This document shows positions 29,201 through 44,400 of a stretch of DNA of 64,000 nt, piece after piece (within the stretch, counting starts at the first letter, position 1; each line of letters opens with the position of its first letter). This DNA is from the human T2T-CHM13v2.0 reference genome, Homo sapiens, in NCBI RefSeq assembly GCF_009914755.1, contig NC_060940.1. One strand, 5' to 3'. The notes beneath the pieces are model-generated. The model saw nothing but the letters and a program-made list of their open reading frames with translations. It had not been told where the DNA came from and made no database searches. The position numbers and the translations under genes were made by a program.

Positions 29201-32200
29201 GATTCCATTCGATTCCATTCGACGATGATTCCATTCGATTCCGTTTGATGATTCCATTCTATTCTATTCGATGATGATTCCATTCGATTCCATTCGATGA
29301 TGATTGGATTCGATTCCATTTGATGATTTCATTTGATTCCATTCGTTAATGATTTCGACCAATTCCATTCGATGATTCCATTCGATTCCATTCGATAATG
29401 ATTACATCCGAGTCCATTCGATGATTCCCTTTGAGCCTGTTCGATAATTCCATTTGAGTCCAACCAATGATTCCATTCATTTCCATTCAATGATTCCATT
29501 CGAGTCCATTTGATCATTCCGGTAGGGTCCATTCGATGTTGATTCCATTGGAGTGCATTCGATGATTCCATTCGAGTCCATTTTAGGATTTGATTCGAGT
29601 CCTTTCGACGATTCCATTCGATTCCACTCGATGATGATTTCATTCGAGTCCATTCGACACTTCCAATCGATTCCATTTGATGATTCCATTCGAGTCCAAT
29701 TGATGATTCCATTCAATTCCATTCGATGATGATTCCGTACGATTCCATTCTGTGATGATTCCATGTGATTGCATTCAATGATGATTCCTTTCGATTGCAT
29801 TCGATTATGATTCATTTCGTGTTCATTCTATGGTTCCACAGGTTTCCATTAGTGTCCATTCCATTATTCCATTCTATTCCATTTGATGATGATTCCATTC
29901 GATTCCATTCATTGGTGATTCCACTCAATTCCATTCAATGATTCCATTCCATTTCTTTCAACAATGATTCCATTAGTTTCTAATCGATGATCCACTTGAT
30001 TCCATTTGACGACGATTCCATTCTTGTCCATTCGATGATTCCATTTGATTCCATATGATGATGATTCCATTCGATTCCATACCATGATGATTCCATTCGA
30101 GTCCATTCAATGGTGATTCCATTCAATTCCATTCGATGATTCCTTTTGATTCCATTCGATGATGATGGCATTCGATTCCTTTCAATCATTCCCTTTGATT
30201 CCATTCAAAGGTGATTTCATTCAAGTCCATTCGATAATTGCATTCGATTCCATTCTATGATGATTCCATTCGAGTCCATTTGATGATTCCATTCAATTCA
30301 AGTCAATGATGATTCCATTCGATTCCATTCGATGATTCCATTGGATTCCATTCGATGATGATTCCATTCAAATCCATTCGATAATTCAATTCAAGTCCAT
30401 TCGATGATGATTCCAATCGAATCCATTCAAAGATTCCATTCAGTTCCATTCGATGATTCCCTTAGATTCCATTCGATGATTCCACTTGATTGCATTTACG
30501 ATGATTCCATTCGATTCCATGTGATGATTCCATTCAATTCTATTCAATGATGTCTCCATTTGATTCCATTCGACCATGATTGCCTTTGATTCCATTCAAT
30601 GATTCCATTCGGTTCCGTTTGATGATGATTCCGTTCGATTCCATTTGATGATTCCATTTGATTCCATTGGATGAGTCCATTCGATTACATTCGATGATTA
30701 TTCCATTCGAGTGCATTAGATGATTCCATTCGAGTCCATTCGATGATTCCATTCGATTCCATTCGATGTTGATTCTGTTCAAATCCATTCGATGATTCCA
30801 CTCGATTCCATTCGTTGACTCCATTTGATCCCATTCGATGATTTCCTTTGATTCCCTTTGATGATCATTCCATTTGATTCAATTCGGTGATTTCATTTGA
30901 TTCCATTCAGTGATGTTTCCATTCGACTCCATTCGATGATGATTCCATTCGACTCCATTCGATTATGATTTCATTCAATTCCATTCGATAATGATTCCCT
31001 TCGAGTCCATTCGATGATTCCATTCGATTCCATTCAACGATGATTTGATTCGTGTCCATTCGATGATTCCATTTGATTCCACTTGATGATGATTCCATTC
31101 GAGTCCATTTGATGATTCCATTCAATTCCATACTCCGATGATTTCTTTTGAGCCCACTCAATGCTTCCACTCGATTCCATATGATGATGACTCCATTCGA
31201 TGAAATTCGATGATGATTCCATTCGCTTGCTTTCGATGATGATTCCACTTGAGTCCGTTAGAAGATTCTATTCAATTACATTCCATGACGATTCCGTTCG
31301 AGTCCATTTGATGATTCCATTAGACTCCATTCGACGATGATTCCATTCGATGTTATTCGATGATTCCATTCGATCTCATTCGATGATGATTCCATTCAAC
31401 TCCATTCGATGTTTCCATTCGAGTTCATTCTATTATTCCATTAGATTCCATTCGATGATGATTCCATTCGATTCCATTTGATGATTGCATTCTATTTCAT
31501 TTGATGATGATTCCATTCGAGTCCACTCGATGATTCCATTCGAGTCCATTTAATGAATCCATTGGTTTCAATTCTATGATGATTACATTGGATTCCATTC
31601 GTTGATGATTTCATTCGGTTCCATTCAATGATGATTCCATTCAATTCCTTTCAATGTTTCCATTCAATTCCATACGATGATGATTCCATTTGATTTGATT
31701 CGACAGTGAGCCATTCGATTCAATTCCATGATGATTCTATTTGATTCAATTGGTTGACATTTCCATTCGATTCCATTCGATGATGATTCCCTTTGATTCC
31801 GTTCAAAGATGATTCCATTCTAGCCCATTCAATCATTCCATTCGATTCTATTCAATGATGATTCCATTCATGTCGATTTGGTGATTCCATTTGACTTCAT
31901 TTGATGATGATTCCTTTCAAGTTCATTAGATGATTCCATTCGATTCCATTTGATGATGATCCCATTCGAGTCCATTTGATGATTCCATTCTTTTCCATTC
32001 CATGATGATTCCATTCCTTTCCATTCAATGATTCCATTCGATTCCGTTTGATGATGATTTCATTCGAGTCCATTTGATGATTCCATTTGATTCCATTCGA
32101 TGATGATTCCATTCGAGTCGATTCGATGATTCCATTCGAATCCATTTGATGATTTCATTTGATTATATTTTGTGATGATTCCATTGGAGTCCATTCAATG

Positions 32201-32461
32201 ATTCCATTCTATTCCAATCGATGATGATTCCATTAGAGTCCATTTAATGATTCCATTTGATTCCAGTCTCTGATGATTACATTCGAGTCCATACGATGAT
32301 TCCACTCAATTCCATATGATGATGATTCCATTTGATTCCATTCGGTGATTCCATTCTATTCTATTCAATGGTGATTCCATTCGAGTACATTAGATGATTC
32401 CACTCGATTCCATTCAATGATGATTCTATTTGTGTCCCTTAGATGATTCCACATGATTCCA
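26255..32461 (+). repeat. HOR unit, 6207 bp (type A plus 147-bp duplication; last ~500 bp type B)
   Basis: Length is 6060+147. The 52-bp segment is absent at ~27310. B-type variants begin at ~31975. Confidence 0.9.
27728..28033 (+). repeat. 147-bp tandem duplication
   Basis: CCAGTCCATATGATC occurs at 27787 and 27934. The spurious ORF here grows from 132 to 181 aa (49 codons = 147 bp). Confidence 0.92.
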
Positions 32462-35400
32462 TTAGATGATGATACTATTTGAGCCCATCCAATGATTCCC
32501 TTCGATTCCATTCGATGAGGATTCCATTCGATTCAATTCATTGGTGATTCTATTCAATTCAATTCTTTGATTCCATTCCATTCCATTCGACAATGATTCC
32601 ATTCGATTTCTTTCGATGATTCCACTCGATTCCACTTGACATTGATTCCATTCGATTCCATTCAATGATTCCATTTGATTCCAGTGGATGATGATTGCCA
32701 TCGATTCCATTCGATCACTCCATTCTATTCCATTTGATGATGATTACATTCGATTCCATTTGATGATTCCATCTGATTCTATTCGAGGATTCCATTTGAT
32801 TCCATTCGATGATGATTCCATTCGAGTCCATTCGATGATTTCATTCGAGTACATCCAATGATTCCATTCGAGTCCATTAGATGATTCCATTTGATTCCAT
32901 TTGAAAATGATTCTACTAGAGTCCATTCAATGACTCCATTCGAGTCCATTCAACAATTCCATTCGACTCCATTCGATGATTCCATTCGATTCCATTTGAT
33001 GGTTCCATTCGAGTCCATTTAATCATTACAGTCGAGTCCATTTGGTGATTCCACTGGATTTCTTTTGATAATGATACCATTCAATTACATTTGATGATGA
33101 TCCCATTCAATTTCATTTGATGATGATTCCATTAGAGTCCATTCGATGATTTCATTCGAGTCCCTTCATTGATTCCATCCGATTTCATTGGATGATGACT
33201 CCATTCGAGTCCATTCGATGATTCCACTCGATTCCATTAGATGACTCCATTGGAGTCCATTTGATTGTTCCATTCGATTCCATTCGATTCCTTTCGAAGA
33301 TTATTCCATTTGAGTCCATTCGATGATGATTCCATTCCATTCCATTCGATGATTCCGTTTGATTCCATTCGATGATTCCCTTCGATTCCTTTCTTTGATG
33401 ATTCCATTCCATTCCATTCAATGATTCCATTCGAATCTATTCCATGATGATTCCTTTCGATTCCATTCGCTGATGTTTCCGTTCAATTCCATTCGATGAT
33501 GATTCCATTCGATTCCATTCATTGAGGTTTCCATTTGATTCCATTCAATGATGATTCCATTCTATTCCATTCAATGATTGCATTCAATTCCATTCAATGA
33601 TTATCCCATTAGAGTAAACTCAACGATTCCATTCAATACCATTCGATGATGATTCCTTTTGAGTCCATTCAATGATTTCATTCAAGTCCATTTGATGATT
33701 CCTTTCAATTCCATTCTATGATGATTCCATTCGAGTCCATTCGATGATTCCATTCGATTGCATTCGATGATTCCATTATATTCCATTCAACGGTGGTTCC
33801 ATTCGAGTCCATTCCATGATACCATTAGAGTACATTTAATGATTGCTTTGTTTTCAATTCGAAGATGATTACATTGGATTCCATTCTATGATACCATTCG
33901 ATTCCATTCAATGATGATTCCACTCAAATCCATTGGATGATTCCATTCGTGTCCATTCGGTGATTTCATTAGATTCCATTCGAGGATGATTCCATTCGAT
34001 TCCATTCGATGATTCCATTCAATTCCATTCGATGATGATTCCATTCCAGTCCATATGATCATTCCATTTGATTTCATTCGATGATGATTCCATTCGATTC
34101 GATTCGACGATTCCATTCTATTCCATTCGATGATGATTCCATTCGAGTCCATTCGATCATTCCATTCGAGTCCATTTAATGATTCCATTGGATTCAATTC
34201 AATGATGATTACATTGGATTCCGTTCTATGATTCCATTCAATTCCGTTCATTGACAATTTGATTCCATTCGATGATGATTCCATTTGAGTTCATTCGATG
34301 ATTCTATTCGATTCTCTTCGATGGTGATTCAATTCTATTATATTGGATGATTCCATTCGATTCCATTTGATGTTGATTCAATTCGATTCTATTCGATGAT
34401 GATTCCATTGGATTTCACTTGATGATTCTATTCGATTCCATTCAATGATGATTCACTTCTCGTCCATTGGATGATTCCATTTCATTCCATTCGATGATGA
34501 TTCCATTCGATTCCATTCGTTGATTCCATTTGATTCCATGCGACGGTGAGCAATTCGATTCAATTCCATGATGATTATATTTGATTCAATTAGATGATGT
34601 TTCCATTCGAATCCATTCCATGATTATTCCATTGGAATCCATTCGGCGATGATTCCATATGAGTCAATTCAATGATGATTCCATATGGGTCCGTTCGATG
34701 ATAATTCCATTTGATTTCATTCGATGCTTCTGTTCTATTCCAGTCGATGATGATTCCGTTGGAGTCCATACGATGATTCCATTTGATTTCATTTGATGAT
34801 GATTCCATTCGATGATGATTACATTGGATTCCATTCTATGATTCCATTCAATTCCATTCGTTGATGATTCGATTCCATTCAATGATGATTCCATTTGAGT
34901 TCATTCGATGATTCTATTCGATTCCGTTCGATGGTGATTCAATTCTATTATATTGGATGATTCCACTCGATTCCATTTGATGATTATTCCATTGGAGTCC
35001 ACTTAGTGAATCCTTTAGATTCTACTCGACGATGATTCCATTCGAGTCCATTCGATGATACCATTCAATTCCATTCGTTGATGCTTCCATTCAAGTGCAT
35101 TCGATGATATCATTCGATTCCATTTGATGATAATTCCATTTGATTCCATGCGAGGATTCTATTCGATTCCAATCAATGATAATTCCATTCAATTCAGTGA
35201 TTCCTCTGGACTCCATTTGATGATGATTCCATTCAATGATTCCATTCGATTCTATTCGAAAATGATTCCATTTGAATCCATTTGATGATGATTCCATTAG
35301 ATTCCATTTGATGATTCCATTCGATTCCATTCGACGATGATTCCATTCGATTCCGTTTGATGATTCCATTCTATTCTATTCGATGATGATTCCATTCGAT

Positions 35401-38400
35401 TCCATTCGATGATGATTGGATTCGATTCCATTTGATGATTTCATTTGATTCCTTTCGTTAATGATTTCGATCAATTCCATTCGATGATTCCATTTGATTC
35501 CATTCGATAATGATTACATCCGAGTCCATTCGATGATTCCCTTTGAGCCTGTTCGATAATTCCATTTGAGTCCAACCAATGATTCCATTCATTTCCATTC
35601 AATGATTCCATTCGAGTCCATTTGATCATTCCGGTAGGGTCCATTCGATGTTGATTCCATTGGAGTGCATTCGATGATTCCATTCGAGTCCATTTTAGGA
35701 TTTGATTCGAGTCCTTTCGATGATTCCATTCGATTCCACTCGATGATGATTTCATTCGAGTCCATTCGACACTTCCAATCGATTCCATTTGATGATTCCA
35801 TTCGAGTCCAATTGATGATTCCATTCAATTCCATTCGATGATGATTCCGTACGATTCCATTCTGTGATGATTCCATGTGATTGCATTCAATGATGATTCC
35901 TTTCGATTGCATTCGATTATGATTCATTTCGTGTTCATTCTATGGTTCCACAGGTTTCCATTCGTGTCCATTCCATTATTCCATTCTATTCCATTTGATG
36001 ATGATTCCATTCGATTCCATTCATTGGTGATTCCACTCAATTCCATTCAATGATTCCATTCCATTTCTTTCAACAATGATTCCATTAGTTTCTAATCGAT
36101 GATCCACTTGATTCCATTTGACGACGATTCCATTCTTGTCCATTCGATGATTCCATTTGATTCCATATGATGATGATTCCATTCGATTCCATACCATGAT
36201 GATTCCATTCGAGTCCATTCAATGGTGATTCCATTCAATTCCATTCGATGATTCCTTTTGATTCCATTCGATGATGATGGCATTCGATTCCTTTCAATCA
36301 TTCCCTTTGATTCCATTCAAAGGTGATTTCATTCAAGTCCATTCGATAATTGCATTCGATTCCATTCTATGATGATTCCATTCGAGTCCATTTGATGATT
36401 CCATTCAATTCAAGTCAATGATGATTCCATTCGATTCCATTCGATGATTCCATTGGATTCCATTCGATGATGATTCCATTCAAATCCATTCGATAATTCA
36501 ATTCAAGTCCATTCGATGATGATTAAAATCGAATCCATTCAAAGATTCCATTCAGTTCCATTCGATGATTCCCTTAGATTCCATTCGATGATTCCACTTG
36601 ATTGCATTTACGATGATTCCATTCGATTCCATGTGATGATTCCATTCAATTCTATTCAATGATGTCTCCATTTGATTCCATTCGACCATGATTGCCTTTG
36701 ATTCCATTCAATGATTCCATTCGGTTCCGTTTGATGATGATTCCGTTCGATTCCATTTGATGATTCCATTTGATTCCATTGGATGAGTCCATTCGATTAC
36801 ATTCGATGATTATTCCATTCGAGTGCATTAGATGATTCCATTCGAGTCCATTCGATGATTCCATTCGATTCCATTCGATGTTGATTCTGTTCAAATCCAT
36901 TCGATGATTCCACTCGATTCCATTCGTTGACTCCATTTGATCCCATTCGATGATTTCCTTTGATTCCCTTTGATGATCATTCCATTTGATTCAATTCGGT
37001 GATTTCATTTGATTCCATTCAGTGATGTTTCCATTCGACTCCATTCGATGATGATTCCATTCGACTCCATTCGATTATGATTTCATTCAATTCCATTCGA
37101 TAATGATTCCCTTCGAGTCCATTCGATGATTCCATTCGATTCCATTCAACGATGATTTGATTCGTGTCCATTCGATGATTCCATTTGATTCCACTTGATG
37201 ATGATTCCATTCGAGTCCATTTGATGATTCCATTCAATTCCATACTCCGATGATTTCTTTTGAGCCCACTCAATGCTTCCACTCGATTCCATATGATGAT
37301 GACTCCATTCGATGAAATTCGATGATGATTCCATTCGCTTGCTTTTGATGATGATTCCACTTGAGTCCGTTAGAAGATTCTATTCAATTACATTCCATGA
37401 CGATTCCGTTCGAGTCCATTTGATGATTCCATTAGACTCCATTCGACGATGATTCCATTCGATGTTATTCGATGATTCCATTCGATCTCATTCGATGATG
37501 ATTCCATTCAACTCCATTCGATGTTTCCATTCGAGTTCATTCTATTATTCCATTAGATTCCATTCGATGATGATTCCATTCGATTCCATTTGATGATTGC
37601 ATTCTATTTCATTTGATGATGATTCCATTCGAGTCCACTCGATGATTCCATTCGAGTCCATTTAATGAATCCATTGGTTTCAATTCTATGATGATTACAT
37701 TGGATTCCATTCGTTGATGATTTCATTCGGTTCCATTCAATGATGATTCCATTCAATTCCTTTCAATGTTTCCATTCAATTCCATACGATGATGATTCCA
37801 TTTGATTTGATTCGACAGTGAGCCATTCGATTCAATTCCATGATGATTCTATTTGATTCAATTGGTTGACATTTCCATTCGATTCCATTCGATGATGATT
37901 CCCTTTGATTCCGTTCAAAGATGATTCCATTCTAGCCCATTCAATCATTCCATTCGATTCTATTCAATGATGATTCCATTCATGTCGATTTGGTGATTCC
38001 ATTTGACTTCATTTGATGATGATTCCTTTCAAGTTCATTAGATGATTCCATTCGATTCCATTTGATGATGATCCCATTCGAGTCCATTTGATGATTCCAT
38101 TCTTTTCCATTCCATGATGATTCCATTCCTTTCCATTCAATGATTCCATTCGATTCCGTTTGATGATGATTTCATTCGAGTCCATTTGATGATTCCATTT
38201 GATTCCATTCGATGATGATTCCATTCGAGTCGATTCGATGATTCCATTCGAATCCATTTGATGATTTCATTTGATTATATTTTGTGATGATTCCATTGGA
38301 GTCCATTCAATGATTCCATTCTATTCCAATCGATGATGATTCCATTAGAGTCCATTTAATGATTCCATTTGATTCCAGTCTCTGATGATTACATTCGAGT

Positions 38401-41400
38401 CCATACGATGATTCCACTCAATTCCATATGATGATGATTCCATTTGATTCCATTCGGTGATTCCATTCTATTCTATTCAATGGTGATTCCATTCGAGTAC
38501 ATTAGATGATTCCACTCGATTCCATTCAATGATGATTCTATTTGTGTCCCTTAGATGATTCCACATGATTCCATTAGATGATGATACTATTTGAGCCCAT
38601 CCAATGATTCCCTTCGATTCCATTCGATGAGGATTCCATTCGATTCAATTCATTGGTGATTCTATTCAATTCAATTCTTTGATTCCATTCCATTCCATTC
38701 GACAATGATTCCATTCGATTTCTTTCGATGATTCCACTCGATTCCACTTGACATTGATTCCATTCGATTCCATTCAATGATTCCATTTGATTCCAGTGGA
38801 TGATGATTGCCATCGATTCCATTCGATCACTCCATTCTATTCCATTTGATGATGATTACATTCGATTCCATTTGATGATTCCATCTGATTCTATTCGAGG
38901 ATTCCATTTGATTCCATTCGATGATGATTCCATTCGAGTCCATTCGATGATTTCATTCGAGTACATCCAATGATTCCATTCGAGTCCATTAGATGATTCC
39001 ATGTGATTCCATTTGAAAATGATTCTACTAGAGTCCATTCAATGACTCCATTCGAGTCCATTCAACAATTCCATTCGACTCCATTCGATGATTCCATTCG
39101 ATTCCATTTGATGGTTCCATTCGAGTCCATTTAATCATTACAGTCGAGTCCATTTGGTGATTCCACTGGATTTCTTTTGATAATGATACCATTCAATTAC
39201 ATTTGATGATGATCCCATTCAATTTCATTTGATGATGATTCCATTAGAGTCCATTCGATGATTTCATTCGAGTCCCTTCATTGATTCCATCCGATTTCAT
39301 TGGATGATGACTCCATTCGAGTCCATTCGATGATTCCACTCGATTCCATTAGATGACTCCATTGGAGTCCATTTGATTGTTCCATTCGATTCCATTCGAT
39401 TCCTTTCGAAGATTATTCCATTTGAGTCCATTCGATGATGATTCCATTCCATTCCATTCGATGATTCCGTTTGATTCCATTCGATGATTCCCTTCGATTC
39501 CTTTCTTTGATGATTCCATTCCATTCCATTCAATGATTCCATTCGAATCTATTCCATGATGATTCCTTTCGATTCCATTCGCTGATGTTTCCGTTCAATT
39601 CCATTCGATGATGATTCCATTCGATTCCATTCATTGAGGTTTCCATTTGATTCCATTCAATGATGATTCCATTCTATTCCATTCAATGATTGCATTCAAT
39701 TCCATTCAATGATTATCCCATTAGAGTAAACTCAACGATTCCATTCAATACCATTCGATGATGATTCCTTTTGAGTCCATTCAATGATTTCATTCAAGTC
39801 CATTTGATGATTCCTTTCAATTCCATTCTATGATGATTCCATTCGAGTCCATTCGATGATTCCATTCGATTGCATTCGATGATTCCATTATATTCCATTC
39901 AACGGTGGTTCCATTCGAGTCCATTCCATGATACCATTAGAGTACATTTAATGATTGCTTTGTTTTCAATTCGAAGATGATTACATTGGATTCCATTCTA
40001 TGATACCATTCGATTCCATTCAATGATGATTCCACTCAAATCCATTGGATGATTCCATTCGTGTCCATTCGGTGATTTCATTAGATTCCATTCGAGGATG
40101 ATTCCATTCGATTCCATTCGATGATTCCATTCAATTCCATTCGATGATGATTCCATTCCAGTCCATATGATCATTCCATTTGATTTCATTCGATGATGAT
40201 TCCATTCGATTCGATTCGACGATTCCATTCTATTCCATTCGATGATGATTCCATTCGAGTCCATTCGATCATTCCATTCGAGTCCATTTAATGATTCCAT
40301 TGGATTCAATTCAATGATGATTACATTGGATTCCGTTCTATGATTCCATTCAATTCCGTTCATTGACAATTTGATTCCATTCGATGATGATTCCATTTGA
40401 GTTCATTCGATGATTCTATTCGATTCTCTTCGATGGTGATTCAATTCTATTATATTGGATGATTCCATTCGATTCCATTTGATGTTGATTCAATTCGATT
40501 CTATTCGATGATGATTCCATTGGATTTCACTTGATGATTCTATTCGATTCCATTCAATGATGATTCACTTCTCGTCCATTGGATGATTCCATTTCATTCC
40601 ATTCGATGATGATTCCATTCGATTCCATTCGTTGATTCCATTTGATTCCATGCGACGGTGAGCAATTCGATTCAATTCCATGATGATTCTATTTGATTCA
40701 ATTAGATGATGTTTCCATTCGAATCCATTCCATGATTATTCCATTGGAATCCATTCGGCGATGATTCCATATGAGTCAATTCAATGATGATTCCATATGT
40801 GTCCGTTCGATGATAATTCCATTTGATTTCATTCGATGCTTCTGTTCTATTCCAGTCGATGATGATTCCGTTGGAGTCCATACGATGATTCCATTTGATT
40901 TCATTTGATGATGATTCCATTCGATGATGATTACATTGGATTCCATTCTATGATTCCATTCAATTCCATTCGTTGATGATTCGATTCCATTCAATGATGA
41001 TTCCATTTGAGTTCATTCGATGATTCTATTCGATTCCGTTCGATGGTGATTCAATTCTATTATATTGGATGATTCCACTCGATTCCATTTGATGATTATT
41101 CCATTGGAGTCCACTTAGTGAATCCTTTAGATTCTACTCGACGATGATTCCATTCGAGTCCATTCGATGATACCATTCAATTCCATTCGTTGATGCTTCC
41201 ATTCAAGTGCATTCGATGATATCATTCGATTCCATTTGATGATAATTCCATTTGATTCCATGCGATGATTCTATTCGATTCCAATCAATGATAATTCCAT
41301 TCAATTCAGTGATTCCTCTGGACTCCATTTGATGATGATTCCATTCAATGATTCCATTCGATTCTATTCGAAAATGATTCCATTTGAATCCATTTGATGA

Positions 41401-44400
41401 TGATTCCATTAGATTCCATTTGATGATTCCATTCGATTCCATTCGACGATGATTCCATTCGATTCCGTTTGATGATTCCATTCTATTCTATTCGATGATG
41501 ATTCCATTCGATTCCATTCGATGATGATTGGATTCGATTCCATTTGATGATTTCATTTGATTCCTTTCGTTAATGATTTCGATCAATTCCATTCGATGAT
41601 TCCATTTGATTCCATTCGATAATGATTACATCCGAGTCCATTCGATGATTCCCTTTGAGCCTGTTCGATAATTCCATTTGAGTCCAACCAATGATTCCAT
41701 TCATTTCCATTCAATGATTCCATTCGAGTCCATTTGATCATTCCGGTAGGGTCCATTCGATGTTGATTCCATTGGAGTGCATTCGATGATTCCATTCGAG
41801 TCCATTTTAGGATTTGATTCGAGTCCTTTCGATGATTCCATTCGATTCCACTCGATGATGATTTCATTCGAGTCCATTCGACACTTCCAATCGATTCCAT
41901 TTGATGATTCCATTCGAGTCCAATTGATGATTCCATTCAATTCCATTCGATGATGATTCCGTACGATTCCATTCTGTGATGATTCCATGTGATTGCATTC
42001 AATGATGATTCCTTTCGATTGCATTCGATTATGATTCATTTCGTGTTCATTCTATGGTTCCACAGGTTTCCATTCGTGTCCATTCCATTATTCCATTCTA
42101 TTCCATTTGATGATGATTCCATTCGATTCCATTCATTGGTGATTCCACTCAATTCCATTCAATGATTCCATTCCATTTCTTTCAACAATGATTCCATTAG
42201 TTTCTAATCGATGATCCACTTGATTCCATTTGACGACGATTCCATTCTTGTCCATTCGATGATTCCATTTGATTCCATATGATGATGATTCCATTCGATT
42301 CCATACCATGATGATTCCATTCGAGTCCATTCAATGGTGATTCCATTCAATTCCATTCGATGATTCCTTTTGATTCCATTCGATGATGATGGCATTCGAT
42401 TCCTTTCAATCATTCCCTTTGATTCCATTCAAAGGTGATTTCATTCAAGTCCATTCGATAATTGCATTCGATTCCATTCTATGATGATTCCATTCGAGTC
42501 CATTTGATGATTCCATTCAATTCAAGTCAATGATGATTCCATTCGATTCCATTCGATGATTCCATTGGATTCCATTCGATGATGATTCCATTCAAATCCA
42601 TTCGATAATTCAATTCAAGTCCATTCGATGATGATTAAAATCGAATCCATTCAAAGATTCCATTCAGTTCCATTCGATGATTCCCTTAGATTCCATTCGA
42701 TGATTCCACTTGATTGCATTTACGATGATTCCATTCGATTCCATGTGATGATTCCATTCAATTCTATTCAATGATGTCTCCATTTGATTCCATTCGACCA
42801 TGATTGCCTTTGATTCCATTCAATGATTCCATTCGGTTCCGTTTGATGATGATTCCGTTCGATTCCATTTGATGATTCCATTTGATTCCATTGGATGAGT
42901 CCATTCGATTACATTCGATGATTATTCCATTCGAGTGCATTAGATGATTCCATTCGAGTCCATTCGATGATTCCATTCGATTCCATTCGATGTTGATTCT
43001 GTTCAAATCCATTCGATGATTCCACTCGATTCCATTCGTTGACTCCATTTGATCCCATTCGATGATTTCCTTTGATTCCCTTTGATGATCATTCCATTTG
43101 ATTCAATTCGGTGATTTCATTTGATTCCATTCAGTGATGTTTCCATTCGACTCCATTCGATGATGATTCCATTCGACTCCATTCGATTATGATTTCATTC
43201 AATTCCATTCGATAATGATTCCCTTCGAGTCCATTCGATGATTCCATTCGATTCCATTCAACGATGATTTGATTCGTGTCCATTCGATGATTCCATTTGA
43301 TTCCACTTGATGATGATTCCATTCGAGTCCATTTGATGATTCCATTCAATTCCATACTCCGATGATTTCTTTTGAGCCCACTCAATGCTTCCACTCGATT
43401 CCATATGATGATGACTCCATTCGATGAAATTCGATGATGATTCCATTCGCTTGCTTTTGATGATGATTCCACTTGAGTCCGTTAGAAGATTCTATTCAAT
43501 TACATTCCATGACGATTCCGTTCGAGTCCATTTGATGATTCCATTAGACTCCATTCGACGATGATTCCATTCGATGTTATTCGATGATTCCATTCGATCT
43601 CATTCGATGATGATTCCATTCAACTCCATTCGATGTTTCCATTCGAGTTCATTCTATTATTCCATTAGATTCCATTCGATGATGATTCCATTCGATTCCA
43701 TTTGATGATTGCATTCTATTTCATTTGATGATGATTCCATTCGAGTCCACTCGATGATTCCATTCGAGTCCATTTAATGAATCCATTGGTTTCAATTCTA
43801 TGATGATTACATTGGATTCCATTCGTTGATGATTTCATTCGGTTCCATTCAATGATGATTCCATTCAATTCCTTTCAATGTTTCCATTCAATTCCATACG
43901 ATGATGATTCCATTTGATTTGATTCGACAGTGAGCCATTCGATTCAATTCCATGATGATTCTATTTGATTCAATTGGTTGACATTTCCATTCGATTCCAT
44001 TCGATGATGATTCCCTTTGATTCCGTTCAAAGATGATTCCATTCTAGCCCATTCAATCATTCCATTCGATTCTATTCAATGATGATTCCATTCATGTCGA
44101 TTTGGTGATTCCATTTGACTTCATTTGATGATGATTCCTTTCAAGTTCATTAGATGATTCCATTCGATTCCATTTGATGATGATCCCATTCGAGTCCATT
44201 TGATGATTCCATTCTTTTCCATTCCATGATGATTCCATTCCTTTCCATTCAATGATTCCATTCGATTCCGTTTGATGATGATTTCATTCGAGTCCATTTG
44301 ATGATTCCATTTGATTCCATTCGATGATGATTCCATTCGAGTCGATTCGATGATTCCATTCGAATCCATTTGATGATTTCATTTGATTATATTTTGTGAT